Below are positions 10,601 to 20,173 of a DNA stretch of 64,000 nucleotides, in pieces; the first letter of the stretch is position 1, and each line of letters begins with the position of its first letter. Origin of the DNA: a virus (taxonomy: Duplodnaviria > Caudoviricetes); IMG/VR virus record IMGVR_UViG_3300033121_001619, positions 32,001 through 96,000 of that record, one strand, 5' to 3'. The notes below the pieces were generated by a model. It was not told where the DNA came from and did not search any database. It saw nothing but the letters and a program-made list of their open reading frames with translations. The position numbers and the translations under genes are program-made.

Positions 10601-11187
10601 TTTTGAGCTATCACCTGATCCGTGTTGATCATTTCCGGTAGCTTCAAGAGGAATTCGATGCTGAGAGAGGCCGACGCGGGAGGATTCATGATCGACTCGC
10701 CCGTGTCTCGTCGAGTGATACCAGGATGAGAAGCGCCGATCTTGTCCGTGACGGATATCCACGTCCCGAGACCAGAGGAATATCCACCCGACGGATCCTC
10801 GCCGACGACGGTGCCAGAGAACAGCAAGACCCCAGCCCACTCCGGGAACTGATCGAACACCCACTTCTCGAATCCCGTCAGGTCGTCTATGAAAGCTTCG
10901 ACTTCTCTCTTCGATCCGTCAAAGGGGTACCCATTGATGATCCTCCCGAACGTCTCGTTAACCCTGACCTCCGCTGAGGAAAAGAAGACGTGATTCTCAA
11001 AGGACGACCAGTCGACATTCAGTTGTTGGGTACTCTTGAGAGGATGACCAAGTGGATCGTATTTGAACGATCCTGTCGACGAGTGATTGCTTGTCGACAC
11101 ATCGAAGTCGGCGTAACGAGCCTCCACCGGCCGAGAATCGTTGAAGACTGACTTGATGTATGACGGCGTGAAGGGGCGTGTCGACAT
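7699..11187 (-). CDS. large baseplate/tail protein with concanavalin-A/LamG-like domains
   Basis: 1162 aa. LamG-like motifs (VYVDEEL...LTIG...LSGTMDEFRLF, LKLYYRFNE) and IIRSKGTRHSIKAFLRSIGI, which resembles baseplate wedge proteins. Lies downstream of gp6/gp25. Confidence 0.7.
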   Translation of the reverse strand: MSTRPFTPSYIKSVFNDSRPVEARYADFDVSTSNHSSTGSFKYDPLGHPLKSTQQLNVDWSSFENHVFFSSAEVRVNETFGRIINGYPFDGSKREVEAFIDDLTGFEKWVFDQFPEWAGVLLFSGTVVGEDPSGGYSSGLGTWISVTDKIGASHPGITRRDTGESIMNPPASASLSIEFLLKLPEMINTDQVIAQKVTSSYDGFTLYVSSSASTTSASIVFSVTSGSARSWAGATIEKGRFTHLCAVVDKEALSGTVRVYVDEELAGVSRNYVSFGKLPVDDIPLTIGSGSRFTVDGVAVTPTCTLSGTMDEFRLFHEARTIRAQKLYASRGLDSSPTLKLYYRFNEPTGSSDVSSYSSMVLDSSGNSLHSVVSNHTSSLRRDMSADDENVMVNESHRHKIVLFPYYSGVTDLNSELLTDARAYDLTNPNNILKLVPQHYLREGASQDGFETVEGNGGDVVEGNGAPGSAKVGSVQIILTFLYIWAKFFDEVKLFVESFGNIRTVDYDEYDTIPDNFLNDYVRQSGFHLPTFFNHASTEQFVDGVNVAGLIDSSVPLKTIQAAMMRRVLTNMPDIIRSKGTRHSIKAFLRSIGIDPENSLKIREYGGPTVKQLDSSRERRMDVIGMVTLATSSLITTPFLSSSRVEPGWPEPVGSFVYGVDGRSGTTSPNDGLLTSGSWTLEGLFKIPPQALEDINDTDGNQSLMRVLVTGSSTGVDPGLICNVIATQMTRYPKVSSQVRAYLRTSVTGSSPVLVMSVDVSGSGLFDGDAWNVSFGRHRSDDQAIPTMSSSYFLRVGKLESGDLTETYVTSSYFRESTSSDDVLQIVTGSHNASGSFVCIGRQQTLNYGVGRPFLNDSVNVDSEARTVDYVGWVGGLRFWSKGTTEREWRERVRNPRSLGVFDPGVNYNFTSNVSGSFGKLRLDTLNKQSSRTTDATGSIVFRDLSLNGRDTTGTGLSYDTRVIIGHPMEYTHISPSFDESSTDDKVRIRSFIDPSLAADDPWAVQAPTYLSAPTLASEEPLDDPRLSIEFSMIDSLDRDMVNMFSDLGAMGDALGRPELAFSVDYPDLDRLRDVYFNRLSGRPDFKRFLDFYKWFDVSITSFIEQLVSSRTHYKGTNYVIESHMLERHKRLYNHHENYTGSRRQVFDGIKVMQVVGRLRKY

Positions 11188-11188
11188 G

Positions 11189-12688
11189 TCAGATCACCAC
11201 CCTGAAGACAGGAGAGACGTTTTCTCTCAAGCGACGCGTCAGTCCCTCAACGATCAAGACGTCGAAAGCGTACGTCCTTCCTGAGATGAGGCACGAAGTA
11301 TCCAGTTCGAAGTACATGCCGCTGGAGTCCGACGACATTCTCGTGGATCCCAAGTTAGTATCGAAGTCGATGACCCTCTCTCCCTTCGCGACGTCTCGAA
11401 CGGCGTAGTGCATCTCGTTCAGGACGATGCCGGACCTGACTGTCGGTACGCGGACGACCTGGACGTTGGGCGAAGCGTCGTCGAACACGTCGACTCGTAT
11501 CAGGGCCACCTCGTTCGACGTGTACTCCTCCCTGACGTTGCTGAAGTTGATCGTTCGACGTTCCCTACCGTACTCTCCCGATCGATCCGGTCTTCGAAAC
11601 GACACCACGCTACCCGTGTGAAAGACCGACTGGCCATCGAGCGAAGTCCATACGGGCGTGAAATCGATCGAAGAACTGTCGACCAACTTCGTTCGAATGA
11701 CGGCGTCGAACTCCGAGATGTTGACGGATGCACTGTAGACGCCCGATGCGAACAGGATGCCGCGACTTCCATACGAAGCCTGCGATCCCGTCACGACATA
11801 CGTGTACTGCCCACCCGATATGGGAGTTGTCAACCTCAGGGCGACGCAGTTGCTTCCCGTCAACGTGGTCGAACCGGTCGTCAGGTTCGTCAGGATTCCG
11901 TTGACATGATTGAACATGAATAGACGATTAGAAGTTCCCAGGACTGGGTTGGCCGTCATGTCGCGAAGTGAGTCATCGAATCCCACTTCGAGACGGGGTC
12001 GAAGGTAACTGTCGTACGCATCTTTCGATGCGAATCTCTTCACGAAGTAAGTCCCCGAATCCAACTCGATGGACGACGTGAATGTCAGCCTGAAGCCCGA
12101 GTCCGGTATGTCACCCTCTAGCGTTGCTGACATTAGACGAGTGACGTCTATCACCAGATCTTCCTCACCTGTGACGAAAGACTGAGTGACCTCCGTCGAA
12201 GTCAGGAGACTCGATGCTGTTATGTAGTCGCCCAGACCGGTCGAATGACATGGCCCAGCACATCCAGAAACATACCAGGGTATTCCGAGAGACGACGACA
12301 ACCAGTTACAGGTGTCTCTATCGGAGAGATAAACCACGTCCTTTCCGTGACCCTCTCTGAACGATGCCGACAACGGGAATATGCTCACGGTGAAGTTGGA
12401 CGGAGTGGGTTGACCTCCGTACACGTCACGCAAACGAATCTTGCACCAGAATGATGGGTCGCCGTGGTCGATCCTTCCCTCGTCGACGGCGTCACGAAGT
12501 CCCTGAGTATCGAACTTGATCAGGACGCACGTCTTTTCGACGACGGACGTCGAGGCCGAGATCTCATTGTAGAGCTTGTACAGATCGAGAGTCCCGGCTC
12601 GGCCGACGTTCGACGACGTGCGTCGAGTCCCCTTCACGATCTTGTTCGTGATGTACGTGTCTTGGGTCGCCCAATAAGTCTTACGCAT
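11189..12688 (-). CDS. putative baseplate-associated structural protein
   Basis: 499-aa ORF directly after the baseplate wedge gene; ATQDTYI...NVG...LDLYKL N-terminus. Confidence 0.7.
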   Translation of the reverse strand: MRKTYWATQDTYITNKIVKGTRRTSSNVGRAGTLDLYKLYNEISASTSVVEKTCVLIKFDTQGLRDAVDEGRIDHGDPSFWCKIRLRDVYGGQPTPSNFTVSIFPLSASFREGHGKDVVYLSDRDTCNWLSSSLGIPWYVSGCAGPCHSTGLGDYITASSLLTSTEVTQSFVTGEEDLVIDVTRLMSATLEGDIPDSGFRLTFTSSIELDSGTYFVKRFASKDAYDSYLRPRLEVGFDDSLRDMTANPVLGTSNRLFMFNHVNGILTNLTTGSTTLTGSNCVALRLTTPISGGQYTYVVTGSQASYGSRGILFASGVYSASVNISEFDAVIRTKLVDSSSIDFTPVWTSLDGQSVFHTGSVVSFRRPDRSGEYGRERRTINFSNVREEYTSNEVALIRVDVFDDASPNVQVVRVPTVRSGIVLNEMHYAVRDVAKGERVIDFDTNLGSTRMSSDSSGMYFELDTSCLISGRTYAFDVLIVEGLTRRLRENVSPVFRVVI

Positions 12689-14537
12689 TCGACACGACCC
12701 TTCCCGTGATGTTGACGTCTGGGTATTTGAGCTCGAATATCCCGCCCTCTGGCGGATAGATCAGTTGACTTCGAGTGTTTGCCGTCATGTCATAAGCCAC
12801 TGGGGAATAGGTCAAATTCTTGACTGGACCTGTGAGGTTGTTGATCCTCACGGAGTCGACCGCTATGACGCCTTGATGAGAGAAGATCGATGCCACGATC
12901 TCCGAAACGACGAGCGGTTGTCCTATGTGGAAGTTGTTGATCGCCAAGAGGGATCTCAAGTCCCTGATGATGGTCTGTAGCAAGATGGACTTGTTGAGGG
13001 TCGGATCAACTACCACCTGGAAGAGGACCTCGTAATTGATGACGGCGGCGTCCATGATGTCGATCGACTCTGAGTTCATGCGATATCGACTCAGATACCT
13101 CTTGAGATTCATCTTCAAGGCGTCTGGCGACGTCGTCAATCGATCGTCGTTATCACGAGAGATGATGTAGAGACGAGAGGACAGCGGACTGACGGGGTTC
13201 CTACCTACGGATGCCCTGAACACCCTCCCGAAGTTGCTGGGCATGGTGTACACTCTCGCGAGGAGGTCTTCCTTGGAGACTATCCTCTCCTGAGTGTTCT
13301 TGGCTGTAGGCACCAACGCCAGGAGGTCGTCAGCTGTAGGGGCGTCGTCCCCTCCTCGCGCCTCTAGAGGATTGGAAGTCTCGATCGAATTCCTCACTTG
13401 GGCCGCCCGACCAGGCTCTGGGTTTCCAGGGAAATTCAGGGAGAGACCCGTGATGGTTCGTATCGTGTTGGGGCGAGCGTTGTGGTTCTTGCCTCCTCCG
13501 TATCGATACGTGACCGTGAGGGTCGTGTTAGCTGCGGCGACTCCCAATGTTGTCGTCTGCAAAAGCCGGTGAGGATTGACCGGGGTGCTCGAGAACGTCT
13601 GTGAGAACGGCATCGGTATCGAGAACTCCGAAGGATCTGGTATGATGTCGTCCTCCAAGTCGTCCGCCGTCCCACCTCCGAATATCAGCGTCGTCTTCCT
13701 AGTGCTAAGAGAAGTCTCAGACACGAAACGATACGGCGCTGGGACGACCTTCAAGTTGTCCTTCACGCTTACGTCTCCGGTGTTGTTTGCCACGTTCTTA
13801 TAGACGACGTCGTGCGTGAGATTCTCGACTTCGTAGTAGTCGTTCCCCAGGCCGTCAGTGACACTGATGATCTGCGTCACGTTCGATTGGGCCAACTGTA
13901 TGCGTCGAAAAGCCGAGAAATCTCCGATGGTGAAAGTCTCGGACGTCTGAGTTCCGGAGCTACAGAGTCCTCTCTTCCTCAAGACCTTGGAGACGACGGA
14001 GCCAGACACTCTCCTTCCGTTTGTCACTTCGACGTCAGACGCCACCCTGATGACTCCGTCGGAATCGACGGTCCAGAACTCGACGTCTTCCATCAGCGTG
14101 AAATCGATTCCGGAGTTCGATCTCAGCGTGGTCTGCGACTTGATGGTCGGGATCAGGTCGGGATCGGGTCGAAGGCTGCCGTCTTGAAGCACCGGTACTT
14201 CCACGTAGAAATCTTGGTAGACGACCGCGGCCGAGGCTCCCGCTATGGGAATTCCGGCCTGTCTTATGATGCGTTCCTTGTTGCGTGTCTCGACCACCGT
14301 GTCACTATTCAGCTCTCCGTAGAGATGGTCCAGATAGAACGACAGGTTGTCACCCACGGTGGCCGCCATGTCGAGGAAGAGACCTCCAAGACTCGACTCC
14401 GAGAAGTCCTTGATCCGATCCGGGTAGTATTTTGCGGCGTAATCCAGAAGTACTGCGCGAAAAGAATCGAAGTCCCGAGCGAGGTAATTCCTCTGTCTGA
14501 CGGGCTTGAGTGAATTCCTTGCGTCGTTGGTGGCCAT
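12681..14537 (-). CDS. baseplate wedge subunit (T4 gp6 / baseplate J-like)
   Basis: NYLARDFDSFRAVLLDYA...DFSESSLGGLFLDM...SFYLD, TYRYGGG, ARGGDD and QERIVSKED motifs; adjacent to gp25. Confidence 0.9.
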   Translation of the reverse strand: MATNDARNSLKPVRQRNYLARDFDSFRAVLLDYAAKYYPDRIKDFSESSLGGLFLDMAATVGDNLSFYLDHLYGELNSDTVVETRNKERIIRQAGIPIAGASAAVVYQDFYVEVPVLQDGSLRPDPDLIPTIKSQTTLRSNSGIDFTLMEDVEFWTVDSDGVIRVASDVEVTNGRRVSGSVVSKVLRKRGLCSSGTQTSETFTIGDFSAFRRIQLAQSNVTQIISVTDGLGNDYYEVENLTHDVVYKNVANNTGDVSVKDNLKVVPAPYRFVSETSLSTRKTTLIFGGGTADDLEDDIIPDPSEFSIPMPFSQTFSSTPVNPHRLLQTTTLGVAAANTTLTVTYRYGGGKNHNARPNTIRTITGLSLNFPGNPEPGRAAQVRNSIETSNPLEARGGDDAPTADDLLALVPTAKNTQERIVSKEDLLARVYTMPSNFGRVFRASVGRNPVSPLSSRLYIISRDNDDRLTTSPDALKMNLKRYLSRYRMNSESIDIMDAAVINYEVLFQVVVDPTLNKSILLQTIIRDLRSLLAINNFHIGQPLVVSEIVASIFSHQGVIAVDSVRINNLTGPVKNLTYSPVAYDMTANTRSQLIYPPEGGIFELKYPDVNITGRVVSNA

Positions 14538-14566
14538 GTGTCTCCCTGTCCTAAGTAGTCATGCGA

Positions 14567-15034
14567 TCAAATGACGTAGATCGTTACTTGAACCGCCCGG
14601 AGGTCGTTGGACACTGACGGAACCCTGAACGACACGGTGATGTGATATTCTGCGACGTTGCTTCCTTGACGTCGACTCACGATCGACGAGAAGTCTTCTA
14701 GATCGACGTACGGCATCCATTTCTCGACGCCTGCCTTGATCCGTGACACGGCGGCGTCGTCGAAATCGTTTTGCGAATTGTATTCCGTAGCCAGAGGACG
14801 AAGATTCGCACCGAAGTCGTAGTGCATCAATCGCTCGCCCCAATTGGTCTGGAGGAAATTGCGCAAATTGTCCGATATCTGGTCGATGACCGACGTGTTC
14901 ATCACGAAGATGCCGTCGTTTCCTCCCAATTGAAGCGGCGTACGAATACCGTACGGCGTCTGGGTGACGGTAGTCTTCTCCTCTTCGCGTGCAGTCCTGG
15001 TGCGTCCTACGCTTTTGAAGCTGTATGTGGCCAC
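14567..15034 (-). CDS. baseplate protein, gp25/GPW family
   Basis: QISDNLRNFLQTNWGERLMHYDFGANL...KWMPYV is a typical gp25 signature. Confidence 0.9.
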   Translation of the reverse strand: MATYSFKSVGRTRTAREEEKTTVTQTPYGIRTPLQLGGNDGIFVMNTSVIDQISDNLRNFLQTNWGERLMHYDFGANLRPLATEYNSQNDFDDAAVSRIKAGVEKWMPYVDLEDFSSIVSRRQGSNVAEYHITVSFRVPSVSNDLRAVQVTIYVI

Positions 15035-15049
15035 GACGCGTACCTATTC

Positions 15050-17275
15050 TCAGACAGGAGGATCTCCCGGAAGCGGCATGTCCACGCCGTCTTCACGCTC
15101 ATTCTCGTTGTTTGAGTCGACGGCGGGCGTGGTGGTAGTCTGCGGGAGAAGGACGTGTGTGGGATTTAGAGCGTCCTTTCCCGGAGGGGTCGGTATCGAT
15201 CCGTCGGCTTCTTTCTTTTCGTAATCTCCCAGGACGATCTTCGCACCATCGACAAGAAGCTTGATGGGTTTGCTTCCTATCATCAGGATGCCTGCCGGAC
15301 CAGCGACTCCCTTGCTGACGGTCGCAGCATTCAATAGAGCGTATCCCGTTCCGATCTTGTCGTGCGACGCCGACGTGTTCGCGAAGGGAGGTTTCTCGCT
15401 TCCCGTCAGATTCTTGAGGGACTCTTTGGAGGTGGCGATGATCAGCTTCTGGATACCCGTGCAGCGAAATCCCTTCTTGGGAGCCGTCACGGGTTTCTGA
15501 GAATTGGACTTGGTCGTGTCAGAAGATGCCGTGCTACCGGCATCTGTGGGGCTCGACGCCGTCTTTTCTTGACTAGACTGGGTCGCTTCGGACGCTTTCT
15601 CATCGGGCACTGCCGTATCAGGTATCGGCTTGTTCGGAAGTATGTAAGCCGCCGTTCCAATGTTGAGGTCATCCAATTGACCTCCGTGCGCACACTCGAT
15701 TGTGGGATCTCCGGGCTTATAGTCCTTCGTGACGACTATCACGTGATCGTCATTCTTGCCGGGATTACCGATGAGGATTATGTCTCCCCTGTACAGGGCC
15801 GGCAGCTCTGTGATCTTCGTCCGCCAGTATACGCCATCGCTAGACAGAGACGATGGCGGTCTTACCGCGTCTCTCTCGACAGCGATCGTCATGAGTGCGG
15901 TCACAGCGCTTCCGGGATAGTACTTGTCGTTGAAGTAGTCGAACGTGACCGTCGTCTGCCCTGACGGCGTCGTGTATTTCGACGGCTTGTTCGTTCGATA
16001 CTTCATCTTCTGCTCGAACTCTTGCTTCGACTGAAACACGAAGTTGGCTCCGGCCGACCACAGACAAGCTCGAGCGAACATCCCGCATGACGAAGCTTGT
16101 GACGCCATGTAGAAGGCGGAACGCTTGACGTGAATGGAGTCCGACGCTGTCTCGGTGTACAGGATGAATTTCGTGTATTCACATTCGTCGACGTCGATTT
16201 TCGCCGCAATGAGATCAGGCATCTCCACTTCGGGTTTAGGTCCCCCGATCTTGATATCGGGGGATTTCATGGCGTCTAGTGACCACCTGAGTCCCACACC
16301 GCTCAGGGCCTTCTCGGAGATCGCGTCCCTGACCTCCTCGACCCTGTCCTTCTTCGGTTTCGGATCTGCTTTCTTGGGAGGATCATACTTTCGAATCTTG
16401 GCGAATTGACCCACCAAGCCAGAGGGAGACGTACCGATCGTCTTCGCCATGGCGAGGATGATCAACATCTCCGTCACCTTGCGTGCTAGGACTGCGGTCG
16501 CGGCTATCCTGACCACGTCCTGAGGAGTGCCGTCGGAGTCCTCTCTGACTGGGGCGAATAGGGCTTTTCGGACGGCGGCACATATGTCACCTAGGTCGAC
16601 GTTTAGACTGATCAGCTTCAAGACGAAATCGGGCATCTTGGCCGCGATGTCGATCATCAGGAGTGGAAGTCCTATCCACGGATTCAACCTGAACTTGTAC
16701 AGGTCGATGAACATGTCAGGAGGGATCGGAAGATCAAACGACGGTATGGGAAATTCCGGAGGAATGGGTATCTTCACCGACGGAAGCTTGAGAAGCAATT
16801 CCGGAAGAGTCAATTTGAGCTTGAGGGCTAGCAGTGGCAGATTGGGAATCGCAAACTGCATGAAGTCTGGTAGATCGGGTATGTCCAGGTCGACACCCAG
16901 AGCTAGCGCGAATGCGATCGGATCACATATCGGAAAGAGGCTGAACTCCGAGCCGGAATCGAGCTTCCTCGCTATGTCACGATAGTGTCCCAAGACGTTG
17001 ATGTGGAAGTCCGGGTACTTCGTCTCATCGTCCAGATCGGTAATCGCCATGCCGGGAGGAAGCGGATCCACGGACGGACCGCACGGGAAGCTTCCCACTG
17101 AAGGAATTCCCGACAACATCTCCATGACCTCGCGGATGAACCTCTCCTTGGCAGCCTCAGGATATCCACTCGTCAGCTCCGCCTTGCTGGTATCACCTCC
17201 ATGGGGTGTGAGTATGCCGGCATGGACCATACATCCATTGCCATCCAGGCCGGCCACCTGATGCGGATTGGGCAT
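15050..17275 (-). CDS. tail-associated protein with a Pro/Leu/Ile-rich region and a putative Cys-His (NlpC/P60/CHAP-like) hydrolase domain
   Basis: SSCGMFARACL...GDIILIG...DHVIVV...IECAHGG pattern; lies between the spike-like gene and gp25. Confidence 0.55.
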   Translation of the reverse strand: MPNPHQVAGLDGNGCMVHAGILTPHGGDTSKAELTSGYPEAAKERFIREVMEMLSGIPSVGSFPCGPSVDPLPPGMAITDLDDETKYPDFHINVLGHYRDIARKLDSGSEFSLFPICDPIAFALALGVDLDIPDLPDFMQFAIPNLPLLALKLKLTLPELLLKLPSVKIPIPPEFPIPSFDLPIPPDMFIDLYKFRLNPWIGLPLLMIDIAAKMPDFVLKLISLNVDLGDICAAVRKALFAPVREDSDGTPQDVVRIAATAVLARKVTEMLIILAMAKTIGTSPSGLVGQFAKIRKYDPPKKADPKPKKDRVEEVRDAISEKALSGVGLRWSLDAMKSPDIKIGGPKPEVEMPDLIAAKIDVDECEYTKFILYTETASDSIHVKRSAFYMASQASSCGMFARACLWSAGANFVFQSKQEFEQKMKYRTNKPSKYTTPSGQTTVTFDYFNDKYYPGSAVTALMTIAVERDAVRPPSSLSSDGVYWRTKITELPALYRGDIILIGNPGKNDDHVIVVTKDYKPGDPTIECAHGGQLDDLNIGTAAYILPNKPIPDTAVPDEKASEATQSSQEKTASSPTDAGSTASSDTTKSNSQKPVTAPKKGFRCTGIQKLIIATSKESLKNLTGSEKPPFANTSASHDKIGTGYALLNAATVSKGVAGPAGILMIGSKPIKLLVDGAKIVLGDYEKKEADGSIPTPPGKDALNPTHVLLPQTTTTPAVDSNNENEREDGVDMPLPGDPPV

Positions 17276-18740
17276 GTAACTTCACCAGGACCTTGCTGGC
17301 GTACTTCCCTTGATTCTTTCCGAGTTGGGCCGACGCGTTATTTGCCGTTCCTTTCTTGACCGACCCTGCGAACGAACCTCCCATCGTCGTGACGAGTTGT
17401 CCTCCGACGACGGTACCGTCCTCCGTCGTCACGGGCTGATCCGTGCACACGACGCCCTTGTCAGCATCGGGTCCCCCTAGACGAACGTATCCCTTTTCGC
17501 TCGGCGTGAAGACGATGTCTCCGTTCCTCTTTATCGTGATCGAAGCGAAGCGAGTTGGATCCGTCGACTCGTCTTTCCTGCCCGTGAAACCTTCCTCGGT
17601 GGACTCGTCGTAGTCGGTGACGATGAACGATATGTCGGATCGTGCTATGATTCGCACCTTGTCTGACTTCAGGACGATCCCAGCGTCTCCGTCGGCTGAG
17701 TCCGTCACATCGGGAAACGATATTTCGAACGACCCGTCGACCTTCATTCGCTGTGAGACTAGAAGACGACTCCTGTCATTCTTGAAATCTGGGTCGCCCT
17801 CCCTGGGCGCTAGAGCATCAGGCGACTTGTCCAATTCTCTCTTGAGAACGGTTCCCTTCTTGGATTTGGACGCGTCGACGAAGCTCGTCGTATCTGCTGC
17901 CCTTCCAGCCGTGTCAGCAGTGTAACCTCGGCCGGCCACGATATCGATCGACCCGGCGCGGCCTTGTTCCGTCAATGGATCGATATCGATCGATCCGGAT
18001 CTAGCGAAGCCAAGACTGATCAGTGTGTTGTTCGATCCTTCGAGGACCACGTCTGGAGACCTCTTGCGAAATCTCGGGACCGGTTCGTAGACGTGTCTCT
18101 TCTTCGCGGTCGTCTCTTGGACTATGGACTCGAATATGTCATCCTCATGACCGACGAGGATGCTTCCGTCTCTGACGGCAACGCGCTCTCCGTCGACTGT
18201 CGTGACAGGAGTGTTTCTCAACTCGAACCACGGGTCGGACCCATCTGACTTTGACTTGGAACCGGGATGGAACGAAGGTTCGGATGACCTACCGGGATGC
18301 GAGTGATTGACGTCGTCACTAGTGTGTGGTTCGACGATCCTGCACACCCAATACGCCACGTCGACGGTCCGTGCCGCTGGATTTTCCACGAACACCCAGA
18401 CCGCCTCTCCCGGTTTTGCCGGAAGAGAGAGACTAGATGGGAAAAATGGGAACACGAACATGGGCGGTGAATCGTCTCCGACTCTCTGACCCACGATCGT
18501 GTTTCGTGGAAGAACATTGACCAGATCCATGTTCGATACGCCCAACCTCTGCCACTCCTCGGCTAGCTCTGCGCGAGAGTCCGGACTCATGTTGGGATCG
18601 TCGACAACGTCGATGACGATCATTCTGACGAAGTGCGGTTTTTGAGGAGGGACGTACGTCCTTCCTGCGTTTTCCACGTTTAGTCGACCCTCGACGAAGT
18701 CGACGAGGTTGTCCTGAGTCGTTCGTCTATAGTCAGACAA
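17193..18740 (-). CDS. putative baseplate hub/spike (gp5/gpV-like) protein
   Basis: FPFFP...LPAKPGEAVWV (OB-fold-like), DVVLEGSNNTLISLG and IVLKSDKVRIIAR. Probable TTG start at 18740 after GAGG. In-frame TTA at 17279-17277 lies just before the next ATG. Confidence 0.65.
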   Translation of the reverse strand: MSDYRRTTQDNLVDFVEGRLNVENAGRTYVPPQKPHFVRMIVIDVVDDPNMSPDSRAELAEEWQRLGVSNMDLVNVLPRNTIVGQRVGDDSPPMFVFPFFPSSLSLPAKPGEAVWVFVENPAARTVDVAYWVCRIVEPHTSDDVNHSHPGRSSEPSFHPGSKSKSDGSDPWFELRNTPVTTVDGERVAVRDGSILVGHEDDIFESIVQETTAKKRHVYEPVPRFRKRSPDVVLEGSNNTLISLGFARSGSIDIDPLTEQGRAGSIDIVAGRGYTADTAGRAADTTSFVDASKSKKGTVLKRELDKSPDALAPREGDPDFKNDRSRLLVSQRMKVDGSFEISFPDVTDSADGDAGIVLKSDKVRIIARSDISFIVTDYDESTEEGFTGRKDESTDPTRFASITIKRNGDIVFTPSEKGYVRLGGPDADKGVVCTDQPVTTEDGTVVGGQLVTTMGGSFAGSVKKGTANNASAQLGKNQGKYASKVLVKLHAQSASGGRPGWQWMYGPCRHTHTPWR

Positions 18741-18748
18741 GCGTAACC

Positions 18749-19132
18749 TCACTTCTCAAACTGCTTGTACAGGCTAGCTGGGTCGAAGTCTTCCTCGACC
18801 ATGGCCTTCGTGATCATCTCCGACAACTTGATGATCTGATCGTTGCACTTGTTCATTCTCTCTATGTACGAGGCTAGAGTCTTTCCGTGGACAGCGTGCT
18901 CGGTCGTCCTGTCTCCTATGATATCGACGAGAGCCACGAACAGGGCATGAGCGTTTCGTCGATCGAAGACGGCATTCTTGTAAGACTCGATCCACAGATA
19001 CTTCTGACTGTCGGACACGTTCGGTATGTTGGAGACGAGCTGGGTGAACTGTTCGACAGTCTCCTTCGTCGTCTTCTCGGCATCCATGTTGGCGATGGAT
19101 GCGATCTGATCGCGTGATGACGTGGTACTCAT
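18749..19132 (-). CDS. hypothetical helical protein
   Basis: 127-aa ORF coupled to the sigma gene. Confidence 0.7.
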   Translation of the reverse strand: MSTTSSRDQIASIANMDAEKTTKETVEQFTQLVSNIPNVSDSQKYLWIESYKNAVFDRRNAHALFVALVDIIGDRTTEHAVHGKTLASYIERMNKCNDQIIKLSEMITKAMVEEDFDPASLYKQFEK

Positions 19133-19893
19133 TGCGAATCACCGGCAGAAGTGCCAAGGAAATCCAATCTTACGTACTTGTACTTCTTCTTGATGGTCTG
19201 CATGGCTGTCATCATTTGCTTCTGCGTGAGACCACTCAGCTCTCTCATGTACAGTAGCGTAGCTCTCTTGTTCAGGATGTCGAGGTCGTCGGCTCTCTGG
19301 AAGATCGTGATTATGGCATCGATACAAGCGATCTCATGATCAGTCTGCAACTCCGACCTGATCTTCTCAAGCATGTCAGGTATGGCCCAGGGAGACATCT
19401 CCTTGTCCGCCATCTCGTCTAGACTGGGACATTGGTGTAGTTCTTCGAGACGCTGCTTGTCATTCATCGTCAGACCCGACGGATCGTCAAAGCTGACTGT
19501 CCTTTTAGCGCGCGTGCTCTTTTGCCTCGATCTGACGATGAGCCAGTTCTTGGCGACGACGTTGAAGTAGGCAAAAGCCTTGGTGCCTCTCGACGCGTCG
19601 AACTTTCCTATCGTCTCAAACAAGAAGCAGACGCAGTCACTCTTGAGCTCATCATAGGTGTCATGCAGACCCGAGAATCGGTAAATGTTGATGAGGTTCT
19701 CGGCTAGTTTCTCGAAGGCCGGCATGATGGCGGTGATGTATATCCGCTCTCTTTCACGCTTGTCCTCCGTCTTCTGGTATTTGACGATGGCTTCGTGCGT
19801 CGCCATGCTGAAGTAAAGCTTAGTGTCGTCCGGCGGACTCTTGGATCGACGTATGACGCGCTTAGGTTTGTTGGGTGGTGTCTGACTCGTCAC
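19129..19893 (-). CDS. phage RNA polymerase sigma factor (sigma70 region 2-like, probably late)
   Basis: LYFS...IVKYQ...RERIY...AFEKLAENLINIY...KFDASRGTKAFAYFNVVAKNWL. Confidence 0.75.
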   Translation of the reverse strand: MTSQTPPNKPKRVIRRSKSPPDDTKLYFSMATHEAIVKYQKTEDKRERERIYITAIMPAFEKLAENLINIYRFSGLHDTYDELKSDCVCFLFETIGKFDASRGTKAFAYFNVVAKNWLIVRSRQKSTRAKRTVSFDDPSGLTMNDKQRLEELHQCPSLDEMADKEMSPWAIPDMLEKIRSELQTDHEIACIDAIITIFQRADDLDILNKRATLLYMRELSGLTQKQMMTAMQTIKKKYKYVRLDFLGTSAGDSQ

Positions 19894-20173
19894 TGTAGTT
19901 CCTCACTGTAGTCGCGGCCTCCTGTATTGCCAGCATCGCGTCTCTCATGCACTTCACTGCTGTTCGGATTACGTAATCGTCTTGGAAGACGTCGTAGCGA
20001 AGGAGTCCTTCGATCTCGTCTCTATTTGACGAGAGACGTTGCTGGGTCGATTCTAGGTCGGCCCGCATGTCATTGACGAAATCATCCAACGATAGAGCTT
20101 TCCTGACGACGATCACGTTGAGGGCCACGGAAAATCCCAGAAGGATCACTAGCAGTACGGCGACATATGTCAC
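19862..20173 (-). CDS. small membrane-anchored coiled-coil protein
   Basis: N-terminal hydrophobic helix followed by a heptad-rich region. Confidence 0.6.
   Translation of the reverse strand: MTYVAVLLVILLGFSVALNVIVVRKALSLDDFVNDMRADLESTQQRLSSNRDEIEGLLRYDVFQDDYVIRTAVKCMRDAMLAIQEAATTVRNYSDESDTTQQT

Noticed and set aside
18744-18746. In-frame TTA at codon 3 of the ORF-track call 17193..18752
   Set aside because: Not counted as a gene-body TTA. A TTG at 18740, 6 nt after GAGG, is a plausible start that places the TTA upstream. If the GTG at 18752 is the true start, this is a counter-example to the TTA-stop hypothesis.
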